Below, one piece after another: positions 1 to 15,000 of a stretch of DNA of 64,000 nucleotides (positions are counted from its first letter, which is position 1; every line of letters starts with the position of its first letter). Made by a program: the position numbers and the translations under genes. The stretch lies in the NCBI GenBank assembly GCA_030698625.1, contig JAUYMS010000042.1, positions 28,150-92,149 on the forward strand. Direction: 5' to 3'. The notes under the pieces are model-generated. The model searched no databases and was not told the DNA's origin. It saw only the letters and a list, made by a program, of their open reading frames with translations. This DNA is from Candidatus Omnitrophota bacterium. Lineage in GTDB: Bacteria; Omnitrophota; Omnitrophia; Omnitrophales; Aquincolibacteriaceae.

Positions 1-3000
1 AGATGGACGGAATCTCAGCGCCGGTTCCCTGGATCAGGGCATCAAAGGCTTTCTTGTCCGTGGACAATCGCATGATACCGGACGTATTCATGACCGGTAT
101 TCCCCGTGACTCCAGCTCCGCCAAGACAGATGCTGGCGCCAGGCCTCCGGTTGCGACGGCATCAATGGGAAGAGGCCTTCTGAAGTGACCGAGCACCAAC
201 CGCCCGTCCTTATCCACAAAAACGGCATAGGATGCGTAAACAGCGTCTGAGTTATCACGCCCGCGGTAAAGGCCGCGAACGGGCGGTATGATGACAAAGT
301 TGGCCTTATCCGTTTTATCCTTTGCCGCCCAGTAAGTGGCGAGTTCAAAGCCCGGAAACCCATTCGGGAACATTGCAACATTGGGCCCCTCAGGATTCGG
401 GAGATCCTCCCAATCGACCTCCTCGACCGCCATGGCCGCATTGTGGCTCGGCAACCCGCCCTCAAAAAGATCTCCGTAGCCCGTTTCTCTAAATTTTGCA
501 ATATCAGAAGCGGCCGTCGCCTGTAATAAGATGGCGGGATCGATCCCCAACTGATTAAACAACTTGTCCTCCAACTCGGCGTAAACTTCTTCTTCGGAGA
601 CGCGCAGCTCGGATCGTCTCGTCGACTGGATGGCTTCCCACAATGCGGTTAGTGCCCCGCCTTCGGCTTCCAACCTGTAATAAATTTCCGGATCGGTGAC
701 ACGATAGACACCGCTTCCAAGCGCCCCGTGTTCATGACGATGCGCCAGCCTCTTATCTAGCCAGTCCGGCCTCAGATCGAGGGCGTTGATCAACTGGAGC
801 CCGGGTGCATTAAAAACAAACGGACTTTGAGGATGTTTGTCGGTGAGATTCCCCAGGTCACGGACAGGTTCAGTTATGTAATAGGTGCCTGGCCGCGCCA
901 GGACTGAAAGCGTATTTCTCAATGCTAAGTACGAATCGATCAATCGTTCCCATATCGGTTCGTCGTTTAGGTCCGCTGCAGATGTGCGGTCCTTATTCTC
1001 ATAGGTGACATTCCGCTTGTAGACGGCATCGGCGCTCCTACCCTCGAGACCGAGCCGCTTCAGCACACCGTCAACACCGTCATAAGCCGATTGAAGCTCA
1101 TCAACATTGAACACATTGGCGTGGAGCACCTCTAGGTGAAGCTGTCCGGGTTGAAGGTCGCCGGGTTCGATCCCCATCAGCTTGATTCCCTTCCCCTGCT
1201 CAAGAGACTTTGTGAACGCGCCGAAGTACATCGGCGTCTGCCTGAAAACAATATGTTCATCGCCGTCGAAGGCGATGAGATGGATATCCCATGCCTTCAA
1301 TTGTTCCCTGACCTGATCCTCGCCATACCGATCTGCGAGTTCTGCCTTGAGCTCGGTGAAAAACATTTTGACTATGTCCCACGCTTCCACGGGATTCCCG
1401 CCGACACCGACTTCGGCCAGAATGACCGTTGTGTCACCAGCATCAAGTTTTTCACGGGCAAGTTGCCGCATAGCAGAGTGAATCAGCTCCGCCTGTAGAA
1501 CGTCTTCATCATTTTCCACAAATCCGATCGTCTGAATAAAACCCGTGGGAGACTCCAAGACATCTCGAGCAAGAGCCGTCAGGTAAGCATCGGTATTGGC
1601 AATACCAATCGTCTCACTCATCTCAGAGCCAATCCCTTCAAAGGTGCCACGCAAATTCGTAATCTGTTCATCCGTGGCAACGGGCACGCCCTCAAGGGCA
1701 GCTAAAGTCTGCCCGAACCGCTTCACGCGGCGCCCGACATGCAGTTCAATGGCGGCATCACTGCGCAGTTCGGAGCGGTCGGCGTCTTTAGCAATCTCGC
1801 GGGCTTTCTCCTCGACCATCGCCTCTAATTCGCCGACAAGGTTGTACTCGAGATAAGCGTTCATCACCGAAGTTCCGGCCTCATCGGCCACCCTTGAGAG
1901 GCGATCGGTTTCTTCGCTGCCCAAGATATTTCTCATGCTGCTATGAAATCGATGCTCACCCTTTGCGATATCCCCAAAGTAGTCTACGTGCTTATTTTCC
2001 AGTTGGGGGTATTCAAGCCGAATGGCATCCAACGCCTCCCGGCGTGCATAAAGGGCCAGGCGCCGCAGGCGCTCGTATTCCACAGTGCCCACAGCGGACA
2101 GGATGTATCCGTTCCCTTCAGGAACAATGTGCTTGCCCACATCGCGAATGACATGCCAGATGGGCATTCCCTTTCTATTTGTACCCGGCTGAAAAACTCC
2201 GTAAAGGAAGCTGTCAAGAAAGAAAGAGACGTGCTCGCTAGTCTCGGCCCACGCGGGGCGCTCTTCATGGATTTTATTAGGGATTGAGCCCGAAAAAATT
2301 GCTGCCGAAACGATTCTTTCCGAGTCCGTTTGAAATTCCGATTGGAGCCGCTGCCGCGTGCGGAACATTTCTGCTCCTGACAAGGCGACATCGTCGAGGA
2401 GCACGACATTCTTGCCCGTGCGTGCAAGTGCCCGAATACCGTCTTCGTCTTCCGGCCTTTCCAAATACAAGAACTCCGGGACATCTTCCGGATGAAATCT
2501 CTGCCACATCAACCGCAGTAAGCGTGCGGCCCAGGGGCCGCTTCCCGGAATGACAATAATCCGGTGCAAGTCTCTCTCGTCTTCGCGGATGCGGTTCATG
2601 AGATTATAGGCAGCGTCTTTCAGGGAGCGCCGCTCGCCGAGAGAGTCATTAATGATATCCCGCATATGAGAGGCCTTTTCCAACGGGTGCTTAATAACAG
2701 CGAGTTTAACCTGGCGGCCGAAGGCTTCAGCTTCGTGAAATTTTGCGATGCGATTACCCGGTTTCAGTACTGTTGCGGTACCCGCTCCGGCGGCAAGCCG
2801 CGCGGCTTCAAATAGGTTCATGCCCCGGCGTTCGGCGTAAATAAAAGCGACCTTGACTGCATCACCTGCGCCGACATCGGAAACGGTCGTGACCGGAGGA
2901 TGCTTGGCGTGATACGTGATTATCTCCTTTTCATTGAACGGGCTGCGACTCGTTGCCAAAATGCCGTCGGCCCCCAAGCTGATAACCACTTTGTTGATAC

Positions 3001-6000
3001 CGCTCCGGATTAGATCCTTCGCATACTCGGCGATCCTGACATAATCGCCTTCGAGCTCACTCACCGGCACACCCAAGTAATCCGCAAGCTCCCTGAGATT
3101 AATACCCAGAAAATGGGGGCGAGCTTCAATGCCGTGCCGGAGGGCCTCCCCCCGCGTGTCGAGATAGGTTAGGATGCCCAGTTTCTTGGCCTCGCGAATC
3201 TTGTCGGCGTAGAACGTTGCCGGTAATCCCGGCGGGAGACTGCCGGAGAAGACCACGTAATCGCCCTCCCTCAGGTGCATGAAGATAGAATCGCTAAGAC
3301 TCTCCTGCTCGGCATCCGTCATATCGGGGCCGCGCGGAGTGACATTCAACTGGTTCCGGTTGCCGGCATGCACATTCATGGCAATGCGCGAATCGCCTTC
3401 GATCGGAGTCATGAGCGCCGTGCCGATATTGTCTTCCAGTTCGGCCTTACCGATCTGAATCGTTCCGGCCGCGCCTCCGAAAGTGCCGGTCGTAATCGGC
3501 GAGATGTCAAAGGCGATAAGGCCTCGCGAAGCGTTAAAACCCTTGCCTCCCGCATACATATTATAAGAATCCGGTACAATGATGCCGTCGGTGCCGTTGG
3601 CCCCGTCTGGGGGAAACTTTTCGAAATCAAAAGATACGTCGAGAATGCCGTTGGCCATCACCGTGACAACGCGCGGCAATCCATCAACGGGGTCAATGCG
3701 CCCTAATGCACGATGATCTCTCGTCGGCTCATACTGCTCAGCATGCTCCTCAGGCGTCTGCCCCACGAACAATTCGAATGTGACGCGGCTCAGATGCTCA
3801 AGCTCGGCAGAACTCAAGCGCTCCGCAGCTTCGTGATAAAGCAGCGGCATTTCCGTAACACGGCCGCTCGTAATGACACCGTTAATGACTGCGCGCATTC
3901 TCCCAACAGGCGCATCGCTTGCCAGCGCATCCCTGAACTGCTGAATCTCGGGACTTTCATCTTGATAAAGATCTGCGCGGCCCGTGATCAGCGCGGCAAC
4001 CCGCCCGATCCCGGCCTTTTCAAAGTCGGTAATCACGTAGTGCGCACCTGCATCTTGCAATTGTTTACGAGAATGCAAGCCGGTTGCGAGCGCAACGGGA
4101 ACGATGCCGGCTTCAAGCGAGGCCGCCTGGCCGCTCAGCGAATCATCCACATAAACAACCTGTTCCGCGGACAAACCCCCTCGGATCTCGCGCAGAAGAT
4201 CCCCTTTCGATCGATTTTTCTCCTTGGCACTTTGAACCTCATCGATGTATTGATCGATACCGAACAAACGGGCCTGACGCATGACCGTGGGTGTGAGGTT
4301 GCTGGTAACCACGATGATCGCGATCTCCGAAGTAGCCTCCTCGGATCTGATGAAATCCAGCAGGGCAATCGACCCCGGAGTCATCCGGTTGTCGCGGGTC
4401 CGGTCTGTCGGCGCAACATAGAGCCTCGCTCGGGCGCTCTCCAAGAGCTGCCCGGCCTTTTCAGTGAGCGTCTCCCCGGGCAGGGCTGCCAGGAATTCCG
4501 AATTCCCGAGTGTTCTTTCCGCCATTTCCAGTAATATTTCTGTATGCTTATCATCCGTGCGGTCGCCGTGCCACAACTCCTGCACGATCTGAATATGCAG
4601 AGCTTCGGCCGCCCCATCCAATGTCCCGTTCGATAGAACAGGCGCCAAGATTTCGGCCAAACGATTCTCGAACCATGAGATCGAATTGTCCCAATCGAGC
4701 ACAAGCGCTTTGACATCACGCGGGGCCACGGCATCGGGCTTCGCCCATAGGGCATCGCCGGTTCTAAGTTCGGAGCGGGCATTCACGATTTCAACGTTTC
4801 CGAAGTAAAGAAGTGCGTCATACCGGAGGTCGGCAGAGGCTCTTGCCGCCTCTTTGACAAATTCTTGCTCGGCATCTAAGAAGCGCGAGCCCCCGAGATA
4901 GCTTATGAAAATTCCGTTTGCTGGCGCGAGCGACAGAATCTCCGCATCCTCGGCATTTCTCAGATTGGCATAAACGGGTTTGATCCAGCTCCTGAGAACC
5001 TCATCCGCCGCATACCGAAGATCCAAGGGTATGCCCGATTCCAATTTGGGTAATAACTCGCTTCGAAAAGAAAACGGGGCCGTTGAACCCGGCGAGGAAT
5101 CCCGATGCCAAGTTTCACCGATTTTCCCATTTTGGATGATGCGAGGGTCATCATAGGTGACCGCATCATCAAAACCCTGGGGATCATCGTAGGAGAAATC
5201 AAAACGTCCGTTCTCGGCAAGGGCAAGGTTCACAATCTCCCTGTCGGCGGCTTCAATCTTCACATCCCAGCTTTTCAACCAGCTTTCGAATCCTTCAAGG
5301 CGTTCCTTATTAGCATCATGAAATTCCTTAAGCGCGTAGTAGATATCCATCGCCAGAGAATAGGGTTCTTCCCCGCTTGAAATACCCACATTTTTAAAGC
5401 GAAGCGTATAATCCTGCCTCGCCTCTTTCCGAACGATAAGTTTGCGAACATATTCCTGAATAGCTGCGTCCTTGTAACGGAAAAATTGGGTGCTCTCCCG
5501 CGAGTAATTCGGGATGGCAGCTAATGCCGAAAAAATCTCCGCCCCTAACCGGAACAATTCATCTTTGTTGCTCTGCAAACCAAATGAAAGGTAATCTCTA
5601 AAACTTTGCCGGTCCTTTAACTTCACGCGGGCATTCATCAAGGACTCAAAATAGTGCCACATCCGGTCTTTGATGGCTTCCGCCCCGATAGCTTGGTAGA
5701 TGCGGTCAATACTCGTTACCGTTTCGCTGTCCAGTTGTCCAAAGACGGCGGCGACAAACCCCTGTTTCAAATCAGCGTCTGCTGCCGCGCCCGTGGTCAA
5801 CGCATTGACAGACTCGAGAATTCTGTTTTCATCCAATGCACGCAGTTCCGAACGGTCGGGCTGAATTAACAGAAGGGCTTGATTGCGCTTATCAAAAAGC
5901 ACCACGGGCGATTCTTTGGACCGCCAAACATTTTGGAAAATCGCCACGGGCAATTGATCCGGATCTTTGACACGCAGCACCAGAAGGACTTCCCGGTTCT

Positions 6001-9000
6001 GTTCGTCAAGTCCGTCGAAAATGGGATATCGTTTTTTCTCATGAGTCAGAAATCCCTTGTCGATAAGCCCCCGGATTTTATGACCCGCAATGACGGGTTC
6101 ATTGACGGCTGTGCGTAAAAGATTGCTGACATCGCGAAAAGCCGAAAGGTTGCCGCCGTGGGCGGATTCCCACATGGTTTTAGGATCCATTCTTTCCGTA
6201 GTTCTGAGCACAAGATCCCCCGTTACCGGAGCCCGAATACCGGCAAGGACGTGCTGGGCCGGTATTTTTGTAGTCCGGCGGAGGTTCAGCTTGTAGGCAA
6301 TCGCATTATCGGCACTCAAAACGAGCGGGCTTTTTTTGCTTTGCCGCGTATCCTGCACGGCATGGATGAAGCTTCGTTCAAGACTAAGATCGAACCAACC
6401 CCCGAGTCCCGAAACGACCGAATTTCTGATCACTCCCCGGGAACGGGGGTCCAGATTCGCGTTCAAAACAACGGCATTTTCCAAACGGAGGTTCCCATCA
6501 AAGAGCGTCCCGGTTTCCGGTTCGGGTACATCCCAGAACTGCCGCGCCAGGCGCCCCTCGGCAGAATCCTCAAGTAAGACAAGCATATTATGCCGAAAGA
6601 CTCCTTCCGAAAGATCCTCTTCCGTCGCGACATTGCCGAAATCCCACCAAAGGGCATGACTTCCCACGTCAATGACCCGCATGAGCGGCTGAGCGGAATC
6701 ACGATGCTGTTTCCAAAAGAGATTGATCATTTTATTACTGACCTCATCCGCGGCAATTCCCTGCCGCCTTATAAATTGCCGGAAGGTTCTTAAAGAAGAA
6801 AAGCCGGCGGCATTCCGCTCTTTTTGCTTGAGAAGGAAATCAAGTCTCGTAAGCGGCACCCACCAATCCTGATCGGTATTTGCAGAATTCTGATCTTGTT
6901 TTTTGGGATCCGTTTCATTCAGTTCCCGCTTATAACTCTCCATGAGTCCGTCCCAAAATTCCAGACTTGCCGTAAATGACCCGAGACTCTTGCCGATAGC
7001 GTCGACCTCGCTGTGCCTGGCAACAAACTCCCTGCCGCTTTCGGCGCTCTTCGGCTTCTCCATGATTCGCGTGGCATGCCATGCATCCCCTTCTTTTCCT
7101 AACGCGATCAATCCGTATTTATCGACCAATTCTTCAATATCGAAGTCCCCGACCAGCGAAAGGATTTCCAGCGGCAATTCGGCGGCTTGACTTAGTGTCT
7201 CGTGCGAGACTGTGGGGACAAAGACCTGATCTCCCCAAAAAACAAGGAGCCTTCCGCCGCGATTGCGTGCGAATATGGAGGTTTGGAAGATAACGGATTC
7301 TAAAAGGGTTAGCGGCATCGTCTCATCACCCGATATCACATGCCGCGGCATTGCAATCTTGCTCTTGGAACCGCCTTCGGCGCCGGTAATCGGCCAGATC
7401 CGGCTGCCGAATCCCGCCGTATGGTACATCGCGATAACCGGCTCTCGTTTTCGTGTCCGGCGAATAGACTCTAAAAGCTGTTCCCAGGTTTTCCCGGTTT
7501 GCGCCTCACTTATTTGCTGCGCACTTTGATAAGCGACCAGGGAACCCAGTCCGTTCCCTGCCGGTTTCGAAACTCCATAGCTTTCCACAACCGAAAAGAC
7601 TTCTGTGTTTTCGCCAATCACTTTACCTTTAGTGCTTTGCAGTCTTTCCTCCCAAAACCGTTGTTCGGCGGCATTCGAAGAAACAACGATCACGATGTCC
7701 GGGCCTTCGGATTTCGCAATGCTGTCATACATGGCTTGAATATTGTTTGACGCAATCGCCTCCTCGGCGGCGCTGATGCCGCCGTCAGTGCGCAGTTCGG
7801 AGCGCGAAAAATCCATGATTCGAAGATCTTCATCATTGACATAAATTGTGGCATCGAACATTTCCGCTAAAGTCGTTGCTCCACTCAATTCATAATACGG
7901 CAAACGGCCTATCGCATTGTCTTCCTCATCTAAGTCCGCCACCGCAAAATCACGATGTCGCAGGGGATCGTCCCAGCCCAAGGCGCGATGGATATAACTC
8001 TCTCTAAGGCCCAAACCATATGACGACGAAGATTCGTAACCAAATGCATAGTAATTTGCCTCGCCTAACCATCTCGTTAAGTATTCTCCTACCCCCGGAA
8101 GCAAGGACCAGAGGTCTAGCATCAGAATGCCAACAATCATCGCAATCCCATCTCTTTTCGGGTGCTTCTTTACCACGTGCAGCTCGCCCAAGTAGACAAG
8201 GACCCTGTTATTTGCATTTTGATCAAGCAGCCGTTTGATCCTTTTTGCGGTGTAGTAATCGCGCAGGGTCCTCCGCACGAAGCCGCCCTTACTTTTCTCA
8301 TCGATCGGCTCAATCGAAATCCCTTTTTCATAAACAGCCTTGAGCATCTCCAGAAAGGAACCCAGGTCGAATAACCGGGAATCGAGCGTCAATACTACCC
8401 CCAATTCATCCAATGCGGTCTTGTCAGGGTAATTATTTCCATCCTTGGACTGAAATTTCGCAGGAATGATGTTTCGGAGCTCCTCGATGATATCGTAATT
8501 CCCGGCCAGATAATCTCTAACATCTTGGATCCCCGATGCCGCCCATTTTTGCAGCAGCAGATCGAATGCCGGTTTCATCGCAGGAGCTGCCTCAATAGCG
8601 AAATGAGTGAAGGGGCTGGCCTTGATAAGATTGCCGATGAGTTCCCGGTATAGGAATAGGGTCTTCGCACGGTGCATGTCACCAAAGGCAATAACTCTTG
8701 TGCCGGATTCCACCGCAGACTGAAAGACATCCGAAACCGGCCGGCCGTATTTCCTGGCCGAGGCAGCAATCTCCTCTTTAGGCGGCACAACGGCAGTGCG
8801 CAGCTCGGAGCGTGACTTCATGCCGGAGTGTAAAGAACGCGCGAGTTTTCGGACGCCGCTGCGTTTGTCGGGACTGCGTGCAATCTCCCCAAGGAAGGCG
8901 TGTGCCTTGTCGCGGAAGGGATGATCTTCGGGAATTTCGGCAAGGAGCCGCAGCTTCGTCTTATTATTGAACCAAGTGCGGTGCTCCCGGATCGTTTCCA

Positions 9001-12000
9001 AATAACGGTCAAAGGCAGCCTCTATTCTTTCAAAAACCGGATGCTCAAGCTGTGATGTGGCACCTATTCCGCTATAATCGTAATTATAATCGCGGGCCGC
9101 TTGCAATATTTGACCTAGCTTCCAGCGATGAACGCCGGTCGGATACACATTAATCCGCCATTCGAGCAAGCCCATCCAGAGGTTCGTGATCGCACCGCCT
9201 ATGCGCCTGAGCAGGATATGGAGAAGGACGGCGGCGATCGGCAGACCCGCTGCTAATATAAAGAAGACATCCTCCGGTCTCAACTCGGAGCGCGCGGGGT
9301 TGATGCGCCATAAAGTCTTCGAATCCCAGTCAAAATTGTAGAAGTCGCCCGGTTTAATCTTCGGTTGTTTGCCTTTCGCCACCAACGAGATTATAGGAAT
9401 GCCCTTGCCGCCGCGCGTGTTCCGGCCCCACTTGTCGGCGTCATCCTGAGTGCTGTGCATCACCATGACCCCGTCGATAAGCTTAGCGAGACCGATTCTG
9501 CGTTTTAGATTTTGATCTAACCGATCGACCAGAACGTATATCTTCGGAGAGCGTATGGATCGCGGTAAATAGGACTTGAGCCAGCCTTCCGTGAGAAGAT
9601 CCATGTCCTTAACACTGACGACCAGAATCTTATCCTGCACGTAGTTGACATGCTGCGGGTGCCGGCTATCGGGTAAGACCGCGTAAGGTTCCCAGCTTGC
9701 CTCAAAAGGCATTTCATCAAAGAAGGTCTCCGGCCCTTCATAGTTGAACTCAACGGTCAGCAGGTTCTCAATCGTGTCGACTTCATCGGTGACAAGGGGT
9801 CTCTGAGTGAGGGTCAGCAAATAAGGGAATGCGGACTCGTAATCAATTCCCACGCGAGGACTAATACTATGAATCCAGGCCATGGGTTCTTCGGTTCTGC
9901 CTTGGACAAAATCCAAATCGCTTACTTGTGACTTCTCAGGTGTGAAGAGCCTCACTTTATTGATTCCATCCTTCTGCCTCTGCCAAGCCCTGACAACCCG
10001 GTTGAACTCTGCGAGGCTATTGACGACCTTGTGTTCTTCAATCGGCTCGGACCGGAGTTCGGAGCGCACCCACCGGCGAAGCTGCCCCACGTTTTGCCCA
10101 TAATCCACATTGGCTGCCGCGCCGTTCGGAATGAGCTCGCGGGAAGGACCCGGGAGAGAAAAGCGATCGAGCACGTTCGCGGCTTCACCAGTGTCTTCAC
10201 CCATATATTCCTGCACGCCTTCTTCAGCAAGCGGCAAAATGCGGCTGAAGTGGTTCCCGCCTTTTTTCCTGACATGCAGTAACTGTCTCGCCATATCGAG
10301 CGCTTCGTCGCTGAGCACTGCCTTGAGCGCTTCGCCGGCGCGGCCCCCGAATAGGGGCGCCATGCGCCGGGCAGAATCAACCGCCATGCGATCATAGAGG
10401 CCCAGTTTTTCTGATTTATTTCGCCCCGGCTTATTCCACTCAAGGATCATCGCCCGCAACATTTCAATGGCCTCTTCCGAGGGCTTGAGCCCTGTCACCT
10501 GCCGGAGCCGCACCATGCTGCCGATATTCTTGATGATTCGTTCCTCCACCTCGTCAACATCCACACGTTTAGACATCTGCCGTACCGTGAGTTCGCCTTC
10601 TTCTAAGGCAGTTAGCACGTCTTTGGGAATTTCGATCTGAAGCGTTCCTGTTTGGCGATTTAAGTAAAGGGTCATGCGGTTGATGGCGAGATAGCCGTTG
10701 CTGTCATCCTGCAGCCAATCGCGAAGCGAATCACGACTGCGCCAGGCTGAAGCCGCATCCACTTTCAGCCCGAAGTCTCTCGCGATCTTCGCCGCCACAC
10801 GGCCATGCTCAAGCATGGAAATATTCTGCGGCCGCCCCCCTTTCTGAGCGTACACGGAAATGTCCAGGTCATGAATGGTGTACCAAAGGCCGGTAAGACC
10901 CGCGAGCTGCAGGAGCACGTTAATGGCTGTCCCGCCCCAGAACTCCATGGCGAGTGTGCCGTTTTCGGTATCCCAATTCGAGGGTGAGGATTCATACGAT
11001 TCCAGAAATTCGCGCATTTCGCGAATGATCGGCGAGCGTGCTTCTGCGACAGCTAGAGGAATATCGAGAATAACGAAGTCGCTGTCTGCAGCCGGCTTAA
11101 GCGACCCTTCCGGGAGCCGTGACTTCGGACGGAGCCCGGCCGGAAGGCTGTCCGGTTGAGAATAACGCGCTACGAGCTGGCGCGTGCGTTCCGTTTCAAC
11201 ACCCAGGTATTTCTGGGCAGTCTGCTGGGCTTGAGAAAGCAGGGCGTTGCGATACTTGTGCCCCCGGGGTTTAAGCTTGAGGGATGTTCGAGCCAGTTCC
11301 AACACATCGTGCCCCAAGGCAAGATCAAGCGCCTTCGAAGTACTGCCGGGTGTAATCGCCGCGATTCGTTTCGTCGCGTTGAGCACCGAGTCGGTGTACA
11401 GGGCCTGTTCGGTCACGCGCCCGGCCCCGGCGGGCATTGCCATAAAACGGGCAATGTTCGTTTTAAGTTCGGTGCGGGCACTCTGAGCAAGGTTTAATCC
11501 CGCGACACGATTTAGCCGAACGGCGGAGCCGATATTGACCACGATCTTATCACGCAGGGTATCCGCCTCGGTGATATCCGAGCTGTCTGTGAAAGTGATC
11601 TCACCGCGATCGAGGGCTTCCCGTGCCCGCGCGGGCATGTTGATGACGAACTCATCAGTCTTGCGGTCGTAACGAATCAATGTCTCATTCAGCTGCAAAT
11701 CCCCCGTGCGTGTTTCCCGCCTCTTCCGTTTAAATCCCTCCTGATCTTCAAAAACAGGCGTTCCGTCGACTTGAACACCAAGGTCATCACCGACCCGCCT
11801 AACCAGGTTTGCGATATCGTCGTTTGAGACATCACGCAGCTCCCCTTCATCGTCCAGATAAAAGAAAATATCGAGGTCATTGACCGTGAACCACATCCCC
11901 GAGACATCCGCCAACTGCAGAAGCACATTCGAAGCCAACCCGCCCCATAATTCGAAAGTGAGCGGCGCCCCGTCATAGCTCTCGAGAGATTCACGCAAGT

Positions 12001-15000
12001 AGCGCAGAAACGGCGCCCTCTGCTCGCCGTCCTCACGCGGCATCCGCCATTCGACATACTCCTCCCGCAGTGCGGAACGCACCTGCTTCGGCGTGCCGCG
12101 AAGGGTTGCCTTCCTGATGAATTCCAGTTCGTAAGAAAGCGGTAGTCCGTTTTTGTCGCGGTATTCAGGGTCGCGAACCCGGATCGAAAGGCCGTCGTCA
12201 GTCACTTCGAGTGTCGGCGCCATCGACTTCGTGCCCTCGAAGAGTTCCTGGAACTCAAATACTTTCGGAGTGCCGTCGGCCTCACCGAGCCGAGACCATT
12301 CGGTCTTGAGATTTCCCGACGGATCAACGTTGATCGCGTAGGTGTCCTGCCTGTCGCGGATCGCGATCTGTCCGATACGCGGCAGGAGTTCTTCGGGGGT
12401 CACTTGAACCCAATTGTCACGGTACACTTCCACTTCGAGGGTGCGCCCTTCGGCTTCAAGGACCCGGGCCATGGCGCTCAGCATATTGGGGTTTACCGTC
12501 CAATTGATTCTCAACTGATTGCGATTCAGATCCAGCGCCCGCTGGCCCGCCCATGTCAGGATGGCTGTCGCAATCCCTTCGCCCTGGTATTTAGGCTTTA
12601 GGTACATGTTGAAGACTTCCACGGCATCACTCCCGTCAAGTTCACCTTGCAGTTCCAGGAGGATGACGCCGTAGCTATCGCCCGCGCGGGGCTCATCCAC
12701 CCGTTTGCCGTGATACCAAACTTCATAGAAACCCCGTGAGGCTCCCGGTGGACGGATAAGATGTGCCGGGCCATGAGCAGTCTCCATCGTCACCCAAACA
12801 ACTTCATTGCTTCCGTTTCGCCGTTCCGTAATGCTTCCGTCCGCATAAGTATCCGTAACAGCGACATCGGTTTCGATTGAAGCGACGCGCGCCCCGAATT
12901 CCTCACTGTCGTTTTCTGCCAACCGGAGAGTGTAAAAGCCGAAAGAAGTTCCGGCTTCGTCCAAGGCACCGTAGTCGGTATGGTCCTTCGCCGCAAACCC
13001 TTCCCTCTCGAAGATACGGATGGTCACTTCATAAAGTTTTTTTGCACCGTCCTTCTCCATAAAACTTTCGTTCCATACGATCACACGCGCATGAGGGACA
13101 TTCGAAAGCAGACGCGGCGAAGCCGCGGCAAGACGCCTGATCGCAACACCGCCGATATCGGGGTCGGCGAGATTGGAGTAGCTATAGAACTTAGACGGCC
13201 GTTTCGCACGCAGCATCAGCCGCGGCAGATTCCACTCCACGAGATCAAAGCGCATACCGGGGAAGGCAAGCTCGCCGTCTGCTGTCACAACATTGTCATG
13301 TACCTTAGCTTCAGCTTCGATGCCGAGCATGCGCGACAGCACGCGCGTATTGGCGACTTCAAGAGGGTTGACGCCCAGGAAATGAAACCGCTTCTGCCCC
13401 GTAGCCAGCCAGATGAGCCAGGCATTAATTCCCGTTCCGGGACCGACGATCAGGGTTTCGAGATCCCGCAGGGTCTCTGCGGGCACATCCTTATAGAGAG
13501 CCAGCGCCTGCTGATAAAGTTGTCTATAGTACTTCGGGTCAGCAACCGTGTACCCTCCCGGCGCGTAGACGAGCGGGAAAACAGGGATGACAATCTTGTG
13601 AAACTCTTCATCAATGCCGGTCAGTTCGTCGAGAAACTCCGGTATTTCACGCGGAGTAAACAGCTGGTCCGTGCGGACAAGGTATCCGTCCCGCGAGGCC
13701 TTTGCGATGCTGAATTGATTGCTGTTCTGTTTGGGAAGCAGTTCCGCGGCGCGCTCGGCTTTTGTTTCGCGCAAGTAATTCTGCAATATGGTTTGATCAA
13801 CATCCCATTGGTGCTTGAATGCCAGCCACTTCTCGCGAGCGCCTGAGGCGCCCGGCAACGGCACATCGAAATGAACCGCGCTCAGGTCAAAGTAATCACC
13901 GCCGCCTGTTGCCGGAAAGATACCGATCACGCGGCCTTCGCGAACGACAATATCGAATTCAGCGGCATCACTCAGTTCGGCACGAAGAATGGAATGCCCT
14001 TTCGGCAGCCCGGTTTCGGCAAAGACTTCCGTTTCTTCCGGTACCTTGAGTGTCAGGATTTCGGCCTCGACCCCGTCGACGTCTACTGTGCGGCGGCCGG
14101 TAATGCGGTCCCCCAGCGCCTCGAGCTCGCCGAGTTCCAGCGCCCCCAGAACCTCCATTGCGGAATAGGTCAATTCCGCAGCACGCAGCTCCGAGCGGCC
14201 GGCCTGTGCCTGCGCGTCTTCTTTCCTCTCTCTGTTTTCGCGGCCCTGCTCGATCATCACGTCAATCCAGGCCTCAACCGAGCGGCCAATACGAGCCTCG
14301 GCCGTAACATCGCCGGACCAAGCGCGTGCACGCAGAAAATAATCGAGATCCCACACGCCTCCCGAATCCTGGCCGTTCACTTCAATGACATGGGGATGAA
14401 AGATGCCGTCTTCGCGCGTCACAATAATGTCGACGCCCATAAAATCCGTCGCGTGCCAGCCCTCACGAAGTAAATTGTCCTCGCGCATCGCCTGTTCGAT
14501 AACCGGATAGGCCTTTAAGGCCTGTGCCTCGGCTGCGGCGCGGATTTGCGCGGCCTCGCCGGCCGTGATCCCGAGCAGATCCGCCAACGCTTCCAGCGTT
14601 ATGGCTTCGGCCCCCAAGCTGATATTCACGGGGCCGCCTTCACGGTCCAGGCGCACCACGATATCGGTGATCACGGGATTTCCGTTCGGGTCGCGCGTGA
14701 CAAAGACACGGAGATTCCAGTCTTTGACGGTGCCGTCCTGCCGGACCAGCGGGGGCGTCTTTCTTTCCTGCAGGACAATGCCCTCGTTTGCCAACAGCAG
14801 GGCCAGACCGTGCCCGCTTATGAGGTCAAGATTCTCCGCGTTGAAAAACCGCACATCCTCTCCGGCCCGGCCGCCGGCCGGCTTGAGGACCGCCTCAGGA
14901 TGTTTGAGCAGGAATTCGGACAGGAGAAGTTTGACCCATTCGAACAGATCGTCATCCGTACGTTCCAGAAAATGCACGGTCGCTTCGGGCCCTTCGGAGG